DNA of 64,000 bases, from positions 1 through 64,000 of the forward strand of contig JAEYKW010000046.1 of NCBI GenBank assembly GCA_023408075.1, read 5' to 3'. The position numbers and the translations under genes were made by a program. Origin of the DNA: Bacillota bacterium (lineage in GTDB: Bacteria; Bacillota; Clostridia; Christensenellales; SZUA-584). The notes under the pieces are model-generated. The model saw only the letters and a list, made by a program, of their open reading frames with translations. It did not search any database and had not been told where the DNA came from. Of the stretch, positions 29,082 to 37,173 are shown piece by piece; within the stretch, counting starts at the first letter, position 1, and each line of letters opens with the position of its first letter.

Positions 29082-29456
29082 ATGATACCCAAAATTTCCG
29101 ACTCTGAGCTGGAAGTCATGCGGTTGCTTTGGCGCGAAGAGCGCCCCTTGTCGTTTGCCGAGATACGCACGGAGCTTGAAAGCAAAACCAAATGGACTAA
29201 ATCCACGATTCAAACACTTGTGGTTCGCTTGCGCGACAAGGGCGCTGTCAGCACACAAACCAACTATGTAACTTTGTACAGTCCCGCCGTCACCGAGCAG
29301 GAATATGTATTGGCAGAGGGTCAATTGTTTCTGGATAAGCTGTTTAAAGGGAACGCGAAAAAGCTTGTCGCGTCATTGTGTGAAAACGGACAGTTAAACG
29401 AAAGCGACATCGACGAATTAAAGCAGTTTTTCAAAATGGAGGACTGTCAAAAATGA
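29082..29456 (+). CDS. blaI: BlaI/MecI/CopY-family transcriptional repressor
   Basis: Winged helix SDSELEVMRLLW...SFAEI...TKSTIQTLVVRLRDKG and a C-terminal dimerisation helix. Confidence 0.85.
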   Translation: MIPKISDSELEVMRLLWREERPLSFAEIRTELESKTKWTKSTIQTLVVRLRDKGAVSTQTNYVTLYSPAVTEQEYVLAEGQLFLDKLFKGNAKKLVASLCENGQLNESDIDELKQFFKMEDCQK

Positions 29457-31333
29457 TCATATCACAATTGAGCGACATTGTTTGCACGATTATGATTATG
29501 TCACTCTCCGGCAGCGCTCTCATACTGCTGTTGTTTGCATTAAAACCGCTCATACGTCATCAATTGCCCAAGTCGGTGCAATATGTCTTGTGGCTCGTTA
29601 CGCTCGCGGCACTGCTCGTTCCGGTATCAAAGCTGATTGCCATACCCGATGCGCCGTCACATATCATAGTTGCACCGATCCAAAACGCCGTAGAACAAAA
29701 CAATATCGCAGGTAAAGAAGCAGCGGATACACTTTCTCAGACGAATACAGTTTCGCAGACAGATAGAACGACAACGAAAAATCCGGGTGTTAAGCCAGCG
29801 ATGCACCCTGTATTCACAGCGGCAACTGTATTGATGATAATCTACATGTTAATCGTATTGGTCGTGCTGTCTTATTACATCGTCAGCTACGTTCGGTTCA
29901 CAAGAAGAGTGCGCCGCCATCGCACCCGGGCGCGCATGGAAGAGCTTTATGAGCATGTCGGGTTATGCGGCGATACGATTGCGCCCCGTCTTTACCGCAG
30001 CGCGCTGACCACAACGCCGATGCTGATCGGGATATTTAAACCCGAGATCATATTGCCCGACCGTGAATATACGGGCGCACAATTTCAGAGTGTATTAAAG
30101 CATGAGCTAACTCATTTGCGCAGACGGGACATCATAGTCAAGTGGCTGTCCGTGTTGGCCCGAGCTGTGCACTGGTTCAATCCGCTCGTATGGCTTGCGT
30201 TGCGCGAAATCGACCGTATCTGTGAATTGTCCTGTGACGAGGCCGTGATACGAACAATGGATCACGCAGGAAAACGGAGTTATGGGGAAACATTGATTTC
30301 CATCGCAGCTGATAACAATGCATCGCGGGCCGTGCTTTCCACAACGATGTGTGAGGAAAAAGAGGTATTGAAAGAGCGGCTGAACCTCATTATGAAATAC
30401 CAAAAGCGGACATGGGTCACGCTCGTTATCTCGACGATTATTATATTCGCAGCTGTTTTCACAGCCTTTGTTATGGGCGCACGGGCGGCTTCTGCTCCTG
30501 GAGATAATATGGCTGGCGCAGTGGCTCCGGCATCCGTGCAGAGTGCTCTTCCATCGGATTCTGCGGCAGCCCAGCCGCATTCTCCCTCTGAAAAAGTTAT
30601 AGAGTTCAAGGATCCGATTGTGGAGAAGGTCATCAGCGCCAAATTGAAAAAGCCAGAAGGCGCGATCACCGAGCAGGACATGCTGAAGATTGAGGATTTT
30701 GAATTCAATGATGTAAGAATGAATATATACAGCGGGAAAATTAAAACGATAGAGGACCTGCGCTGGTGTGTGAATCTTAAGAGTATATTCTTAGCCAGTA
30801 CGGACATAACAGATATTTCCGCGCTATCCGGCATGCGGAATCTCGAATCCGTCTGTATCATGGAAAAGCTTGACGACTTCACTCCGCTGCTTGGCAACAA
30901 GAACCTTACCGAAATCCAACTCACAGGCGCTGCCGACAACTTTTTCAGGGATCTGATGAAAAATTGCAGAATGCTTTCCTCCGTGGGCCTGACTAAGTCA
31001 GACGTCAGCCCTGAAAGCATCCGAATGTTGGCAATGAACTTTAAGTTAACAACTCTTGTTATGAATTTCTGCTATATAAAGGACGTCACTCCTTTCATCG
31101 ACTTCACGGGGCTGGAATACTTGTCGCTTGAAAACAACTATATAAAAGATATCTCGGTGTTTGCGGCGAACCCGGAATTGAGCAAAGCCATCGATCTGAG
31201 CGGCAACCAAATCACCGACTGGAGCCCGCTGGAAGATATGACGTTGCTTAGCCTCAACGTATATGATAATCCGGTAACGAAAAGTCCAGCACTGGATAAA
31301 CTCGAAAAAAAAGGCTGTGAAATTTATAGGTAA
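29453..31333 (+). CDS. BlaR1/MecR1-family M56 metalloprotease signal transducer with C-terminal leucine-rich-repeat sensor domain
   Basis: 4 TM helices, HELTHLRRRD (HExxH) and the M56 core. After a further TM helix there is an internalin-like LRR domain (...LSLENNYIKDISVFAANPELSKAIDLSGNQITDWSPL) instead of a penicillin-binding domain. Overlaps blaI by 4 nt. Confidence 0.8.
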   Translation: MIISQLSDIVCTIMIMSLSGSALILLLFALKPLIRHQLPKSVQYVLWLVTLAALLVPVSKLIAIPDAPSHIIVAPIQNAVEQNNIAGKEAADTLSQTNTVSQTDRTTTKNPGVKPAMHPVFTAATVLMIIYMLIVLVVLSYYIVSYVRFTRRVRRHRTRARMEELYEHVGLCGDTIAPRLYRSALTTTPMLIGIFKPEIILPDREYTGAQFQSVLKHELTHLRRRDIIVKWLSVLARAVHWFNPLVWLALREIDRICELSCDEAVIRTMDHAGKRSYGETLISIAADNNASRAVLSTTMCEEKEVLKERLNLIMKYQKRTWVTLVISTIIIFAAVFTAFVMGARAASAPGDNMAGAVAPASVQSALPSDSAAAQPHSPSEKVIEFKDPIVEKVISAKLKKPEGAITEQDMLKIEDFEFNDVRMNIYSGKIKTIEDLRWCVNLKSIFLASTDITDISALSGMRNLESVCIMEKLDDFTPLLGNKNLTEIQLTGAADNFFRDLMKNCRMLSSVGLTKSDVSPESIRMLAMNFKLTTLVMNFCYIKDVTPFIDFTGLEYLSLENNYIKDISVFAANPELSKAIDLSGNQITDWSPLEDMTLLSLNVYDNPVTKSPALDKLEKKGCEIYR

Positions 31334-31520
31334 GGAACTTTATAGCCCCGCCGTCACCGAGCAGGAATATGTATTGACCGAGGGTCAATTGTTTCTTGAT
31401 AAACTGTTTAAAGGGAACGCGAAAAAGCTTGTCGCGTCGTTGTGCGAAAACGGACAATTAAGCGAAAGTGACATCGACGAATTAAAACAATTTTTCAAAA
31501 TGGAGGACTGTCAAAAATGA
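31317..31520 (+). pseudogene. Truncated blaI copy (C-terminal dimerisation half only) created by tandem duplication
   Basis: The 67-aa ORF is about 90% identical to residues 66-124 of the full BlaI and lacks the DNA-binding domain. Confidence 0.5.
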
Positions 31521-33421
31521 TCATTTCACAATTAAGCGATATCATTTGCACGATTCTCATTATGTCTCTCTCCGGCAGCGCTCTCATACTGTTATTGTTT
31601 GCATTGAAACCGCTCATACGCCATCGTTTGCCCAAATCGGTGCAATATGTCTTGTGGCTTGTCACGCTTGCGGCACTGCTCGTTCCCGTATCAAAGCTGA
31701 TTACCATACCCCAAGCGCCGTCAGATATCATAGTTGCACCGATTCAAAATGCCGTGGAACAAAATAATGTTCTGGTTCAGGAAGAAACAAATATGGTGCC
31801 GCAGACGGACACAAATACAGTGCCGCAGACGGACACAACGACAGCAAAAAGTCCGGCTGTGAAACCGGCGATGAACCCTGTCATAACAGCCACAACCGTA
31901 CTGATGTTGGTCTATATATTAATTGTATTGGTCGTGCTGGCTTATTACATAGCCACCTACGTTCGTTTCACAAGAAGAGTGCGCCGGCACCGCACCCGGG
32001 CGCGTATGGAAGAGCTTTATGAGCATGTCGGGTTATGCGGCGATACGATTGCGCCTCGCCTTTACCGCAGCGCGCTGGCCACAACGCCGATGCTGATTGG
32101 AATTCTTAAACCTGAGATCATATTGCCTGACCGTGAATATACCGACACACAGATGCAGAGTGTATTGAAACATGAGTTAACTCATTTGCGCAGACGGGAC
32201 ATTATTTTTAAATGGCTGTCTATATTCGCCCGCGCTTTGCATTGGTTCAATCCGCTCGTATGGCTTGCGCTGCGCGAAATCGACCGTATCTGTGAATTGT
32301 CCTGTGACGAGGCTGTGATACGGACTCTCGATCAAACGGGAAAACGGATTTACGGGGAAACGTTGATTTCCATCGCATCGGATACGAATGCATCGCGGGC
32401 CGTGCTTTCCACAACGATGTGTGAAGAAAAAGAGGTGTTGAAAGAGCGGCTGAACGTTATTATGAGATACCAAAAGCGCACATGGATCACTCTCGTTGTT
32501 TCGACGGTCATCGTGGTTGCGGCGGTTTGCGCCGTCTGTGTGTTCGGTGCGGGAGCGGCTCCGTCGGCGGCTCCGGGCAATAATAAGGTGGATGCATTAG
32601 CAGCAGTCGCCATACAGAGCCCGTCAGCAACGCCCGTGGCAACGCCGGAATCAGCCTCCTTGCAGAGCGTTTTGCCGTCGGCGGCGCCTGAAGAAGAGGC
32701 GCAGCCAGTATCTTTAGAGAGCCCATCGACGGCACCTGAGGCAGCAATGCAACCGGCACCCGTTCAAAGCTTTTTCGCATCACCTGCGCAAACACCGGAC
32801 CCGGATTATATAAATGAGCTGCGCAAAGATGCCATAGAAGTAAGCACAGAAGAAGAATTTGCTGATGCGCTGAATACTGCCGACGTCGTTGTATTGAAAA
32901 AAGATTTAACGCTAGATGATGAATTTGTGACATTAGAAGATTTAGAAGCGCTGGTTATTGATGAAGGCGTTACACTGACTGTCACGTGTTTGAATCTTCA
33001 TGCGACCTGTGAAATCGTCAACCTTGGAGAAATCATAGTGGCCGATTCCGGTCGATTGATGTTTTTCAGTGAACCGGATTATTCTACGATCGGTAAAATC
33101 AGTGTTATAGGGAAAGACGCCAAAATCTTATACGGTGCAGGCAAAGTCGGTGCTGAAGCAATTGCTTATTATCTGAGCGATGATTCGCTCTTTAATGAGC
33201 TTAGTTTAACCCCGCCTTACAGGGATGGCGAAATTGTTGAGATACTCGTTGACCAAGACATTGAGATAGCCGCCGGTAAAACTCTTTGGATGAATGCTCA
33301 TAGCGTACTGCATGTGGCAGAGGGAGTGACCCTTACCAATAACGGGGCCATACGCTATTATGTCGAACCCATCATCGACGGGAAAATCGATGGAATAGGA
33401 AAAGTCGTCTATGATGATTAA
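31517..33421 (+). CDS. BlaR1-family M56 signal transducer paralog with novel C-terminal extracellular domain ('domain X')
   Basis: The N-terminal 340 aa are about 90% identical to the first BlaR1. After a Pro/Ala/Ser-rich linker there is a 210-aa domain shared with the LysM protein at 33501 (…VIDEGVTLTVT..NLHATCEIVNLGEIIV.DSGR…). Confidence 0.8.
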   Translation: MIISQLSDIICTILIMSLSGSALILLLFALKPLIRHRLPKSVQYVLWLVTLAALLVPVSKLITIPQAPSDIIVAPIQNAVEQNNVLVQEETNMVPQTDTNTVPQTDTTTAKSPAVKPAMNPVITATTVLMLVYILIVLVVLAYYIATYVRFTRRVRRHRTRARMEELYEHVGLCGDTIAPRLYRSALATTPMLIGILKPEIILPDREYTDTQMQSVLKHELTHLRRRDIIFKWLSIFARALHWFNPLVWLALREIDRICELSCDEAVIRTLDQTGKRIYGETLISIASDTNASRAVLSTTMCEEKEVLKERLNVIMRYQKRTWITLVVSTVIVVAAVCAVCVFGAGAAPSAAPGNNKVDALAAVAIQSPSATPVATPESASLQSVLPSAAPEEEAQPVSLESPSTAPEAAMQPAPVQSFFASPAQTPDPDYINELRKDAIEVSTEEEFADALNTADVVVLKKDLTLDDEFVTLEDLEALVIDEGVTLTVTCLNLHATCEIVNLGEIIVADSGRLMFFSEPDYSTIGKISVIGKDAKILYGAGKVGAEAIAYYLSDDSLFNELSLTPPYRDGEIVEILVDQDIEIAAGKTLWMNAHSVLHVAEGVTLTNNGAIRYYVEPIIDGKIDGIGKVVYDD

Positions 33422-33500
33422 GAACCAAAATTAAGATTTATAGCGGATATATAGTAAAACGAATTGTTTAATAACTTAATGCCGATAATAGGAGGATGCC

Positions 33501-34427
33501 ATGAAAAGATATTTCGCTATCACAATTGTCATTATCTTCATCCTGTCCTTGCTGCCGGGTTATGCCAGCGCTGGCACTGCTGAGCCTTCTATAATAACAG
33601 CCCGTGCGACTGCGCCAGATCTTAAACCCGGCCAGATTTCTCAGATGTATGAGGAGTATACCGTCAAGCGCGGAGACAGCCTTTCTTCGATTGGCAGACA
33701 ATTTGGCGTATCATGGCGGGACATCGCGAAACTGAACGATATACATGGCCCGAAGTATACAATTCGACCCGGTCAAATATTAAAAATCCCACAGTCACTA
33801 ACATCATCCCCGTCTTATGTAAAACAGCTGCGCAAAAATGCAGTAAAAGTGAACACAGAAAAAGAATTTGCTAATGCGCTGAAAACAGCCTATGTCATTG
33901 AACTGAAAAAAGATATAACTTTAAGTGAAAATCTTGTTACATTAGACGATATCAATGCGCTGGTTATTGATGAAGGCGTTACGTTGACTGTCACATCTAT
34001 GAATTTTCATGCTACATGTGCAATCGTTAACCTTGGAGAAATCATAGTGAAGGACTCCGGCCGGATGATTTTTCACAGTGAACCGGATTACTCCTGTATC
34101 GGTAAAATCAGTACCAGAGGGAGATTCGCTCAAATTGCCTTCAATTCGGGAAAAATCGGTGCTGATGAAATGACTTATTTCCTGAGCGAAGATTCGCTGT
34201 ACGATTCGCTCAATATTGTCGCAAGTTCCTCCGATGGAAAACCTGTCGAGATATTGGTTGACCATGACATTGTCATCCCTGCCAGTAAAACCCTTTGGAT
34301 AAATTCTGGAAGCGTTTTGCATGTGTCAAAGGGAGTGAAGCTAACCAATAACGGTACCATAAGCTATTTTAACGAACCTATCATTGACGGGAAAATCGTT
34401 GGAATAGGAGAAGTCATTGATAACTAG
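33501..34427 (+). CDS. Secreted LysM-domain protein carrying 'domain X' (shared with BlaR1 paralog 2)
   Basis: Signal peptide and LysM (YTVKRGDSLSSIGRQFGVSWRDIAKLN...ILKIP). The C-terminal 210 aa are about 55-60% identical to the BlaR1b sensor domain. Confidence 0.7.
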   Translation: MKRYFAITIVIIFILSLLPGYASAGTAEPSIITARATAPDLKPGQISQMYEEYTVKRGDSLSSIGRQFGVSWRDIAKLNDIHGPKYTIRPGQILKIPQSLTSSPSYVKQLRKNAVKVNTEKEFANALKTAYVIELKKDITLSENLVTLDDINALVIDEGVTLTVTSMNFHATCAIVNLGEIIVKDSGRMIFHSEPDYSCIGKISTRGRFAQIAFNSGKIGADEMTYFLSEDSLYDSLNIVASSSDGKPVEILVDHDIVIPASKTLWINSGSVLHVSKGVKLTNNGTISYFNEPIIDGKIVGIGEVIDN

Positions 34428-34791
34428 AAACCGTATTTAAGCTTAAGGCTCATCAACTGAATTCAATTATTAACGGATATGCTAAATTTAAAACAGCGGA
34501 ACGCTTCACTTTAGCGGTTATATTTCTGCTCAAGGTTCCCATACTAGTGCTCACATTTATTAACATTGGATGGGATCTTTTACGGTAGCAATTGGGTGTG
34601 GAACGACGTCGTAAAAAACGTCGTTCCGAGCGGGTTCGGTCGGTTTATGCTTTTCAGTTTATATTGACTCCTATCTCAGTGACCCGTCGATTGCGTTGAA
34701 ACCTTAAAGCACGAAGATAATTACGATAGCAATCGTTTAGCAGCTAATGAAACAATTTTTGAAATTCTGAAAAAAACAGCAGGAGGACGCC

Positions 34792-36246
34792 ATGAAAAGA
34801 TTATACACCTTAACAATCGTCATTCTCCTCATACTGACCCTGCTGCCGGGCTATGCCAACGCGGGTGCAGCCGCATTTCCCGAAGCATCCGCGCAAGCGG
34901 CTGCCTTAACACCTCCGGTGCCGATACTGTCACTCGCGCTCGACCAATACTCTGAGCTTTACCGGGAGTACACGGTTAAGCGCGGTGACAGTCTTATCTC
35001 GATAGGCAGACAGTTCAAGGTGCCGTGGAGAGATCTTGCAATACTGAACGGTATAGGGGGACCAAAGTACACGGTTACCAACGGACAAACCCTCAAAATC
35101 CCGCTGCTGCCGAAGCTGCCGGGGACAACCGGCAATTATCTTATTCTTTGCGAAAACGAAGCGCAAAAGCAATGCCTGGCCGAATTCGCAGCATACAAAA
35201 TATTAAACGGATATTCGGTGACGATAAAAAGCGTGGAAGCGGATGTCAAATTGAAAGCCGATGCCGACACCAGCGAAGAGATACGGCAATATCTTAAGAA
35301 GATGGACAAGGTGTTATCGCTGGAATTCGTGTTACTTGTCGGGAGCGCTTACGATGAAGAATCGGCTTGTATTCAGCACACCGGCGGAGCTATTCCGCTG
35401 AGATATATGTACGACAATCCGGCCAATCGTGACTACAGTTGGTACGATGGCAAGAACCATAAAGTATTCAAAACGCCGACAGATATCTATTATGCGTTGG
35501 ATCTAAACTGGGATTTTGACGAGGATGGTTTCGCAGGCGAAAGGAATGAGATGGCCGAAAGCGTTAAGCAAGCAGAGCCCAAGTTGTTGTTCCGGCTTGG
35601 CAGAATCCCATTTTCGGATAGCAAAGATATCAAGAAGGTACTGGATTCAACGATGCAATATGAAATCAGCCAAAAAGCACATTCTGATGCTCTGATCGGC
35701 AGCTATGGGATATGGGCTTACTATAGCGATGCGCTTGCGAATAATTTCTCCAATATGAAGATTAAGGCTGTCTCGCTTTACGGAAATGACGAAAATGGGC
35801 CGTGTCAGTACAAAAGCACCTACCCGTTAAGTATCGATAATTTCTTTAGTGAAATCAATAAGAAGTATGACTTTGTTTATATAATGGGCGATATAAAAAA
35901 ATATTGCGGCAACACGCCTTTAGGGAAACGCGTGCAGGCCGGAATTTACTTCCTCGACGGTACGGCGACAATGCAAGCGGAGCCCGAACCGAAATATTCT
36001 CGATTTAATGCACAGGATTTCCTTGCCGAAGGGTCGGCCTGTACCGTGATTGCCACCACCGAAGAAGTCGGTTTTAACCCGAAAAATCCGGTCCCGCGCA
36101 TAACCAGCAGGTTATTCTCCAATAAAATGCTCAGCATCTCAGGTGAATTCTATGCCGCGGTACTGTCGTCGATCATGGAGGACGATGTGAGGGAAGCCTA
36201 TGTTTACTGCTATCTCGGTGACCCGTCTATCGCCTTAAAACAATAA
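34792..36246 (+). CDS. Secreted LysM-domain protein with C-terminal peptidase-C25 (gingipain)-like domain
   Basis: Signal peptide and LysM paralogous to the 33501 gene. C-terminal region has the C25-type pattern YALDLNWDFDEDGFAGE...PKLLFRLGRIPFS. The catalytic His/Cys are not clearly identifiable. Confidence 0.55.
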   Translation: MKRLYTLTIVILLILTLLPGYANAGAAAFPEASAQAAALTPPVPILSLALDQYSELYREYTVKRGDSLISIGRQFKVPWRDLAILNGIGGPKYTVTNGQTLKIPLLPKLPGTTGNYLILCENEAQKQCLAEFAAYKILNGYSVTIKSVEADVKLKADADTSEEIRQYLKKMDKVLSLEFVLLVGSAYDEESACIQHTGGAIPLRYMYDNPANRDYSWYDGKNHKVFKTPTDIYYALDLNWDFDEDGFAGERNEMAESVKQAEPKLLFRLGRIPFSDSKDIKKVLDSTMQYEISQKAHSDALIGSYGIWAYYSDALANNFSNMKIKAVSLYGNDENGPCQYKSTYPLSIDNFFSEINKKYDFVYIMGDIKKYCGNTPLGKRVQAGIYFLDGTATMQAEPEPKYSRFNAQDFLAEGSACTVIATTEEVGFNPKNPVPRITSRLFSNKMLSISGEFYAAVLSSIMEDDVREAYVYCYLGDPSIALKQ

Positions 36247-36478
36247 TGGGGGTGCTGGGGCTCATTGAATGAGCCAGGAAAGGGGACATGGGAATAAAGG
36301 CCTTCTATAGCAGGATTAACGCCATATGAGGCCTTAATTCCATAAAAAGCGAAGAGAGAAAGTCAGCCGCAGAGCCAGTATTAGCGGAAAAGAGCTGCCT
36401 TCACCAAGCCGGATAGTCGGAGGGATTTGAGCCACAGCTGTTTTTGTGATATATTCGGTATAAAATTTTTATTAAGAT

Positions 36479-37000
36479 TTGGAGTCAAAAATGGATAAGG
36501 CTAAACGAAACAACACGATAACTTTTTCATTATTCATCATTTATATATTGGTATTGATATGGATAGTCCTTTTTAAACTGCACTTTTCTTTTGCAGAAAT
36601 GGACAGGATAAGAACTATCAATCCGATTCCATTTCAGGGCTCCGGCATTGGTGCTAATGAAGTTTATAACATACTTTTTTTCATTCCTTATGGTATTTAT
36701 ATATGTATGTTAAAACGCCAATGGTCTTTTATAAAAAAGGTTATTATCATTCTATGTTTCAGTTTGTCTTTTGAAATCCTTCAATATATTTTTGCAGTCG
36801 GAAGAACGGACATAACGGACTTGCTATGCAATATGCTGGGCGGAATCATTGGTGTTGGTATTTACGGATTGTTATTCAGAATAATAAAATATAAAACCAA
36901 TAACGTCTTGAATATTGTACTTTTGTTATTAACAGTATGTATATTATTGTTTTTCGCTTTGTTAGTTACACACTCGCTGCCGTTTGTTTTTAATCTATAA
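36479..37000 (+). CDS. VanZ-like family membrane protein
   Basis: 4 TM helices. LSFEILQYIFAVGRTDITDLLCNMLGGIIG matches the VanZ pattern. Confidence 0.6.
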   Translation: MESKMDKAKRNNTITFSLFIIYILVLIWIVLFKLHFSFAEMDRIRTINPIPFQGSGIGANEVYNILFFIPYGIYICMLKRQWSFIKKVIIILCFSLSFEILQYIFAVGRTDITDLLCNMLGGIIGVGIYGLLFRIIKYKTNNVLNIVLLLLTVCILLFFALLVTHSLPFVFNL

Positions 37001-37173
37001 ATCTATAGATTGATAACTGTGCTGTTTGGTCGCTCGGTTTGCGAGTTTTAACATTTGCAAAAAGGTATATTATACGACATTTTCCATGGAATTAACTTGT
37101 ACTAACATAACGAATAAACTATAATATCCATATATAACTAAGATAAAAATAGAAAAAAAGGAGTATTGGACCA

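Noticed and set aside
30107-31020. 246-aa and 157-aa minus-strand ORFs inside blaR1
   Set aside because: Antisense to the M56/LRR gene; no RBS or domain. The duplicated region gives a similar shadow ORF at 32177-32473.
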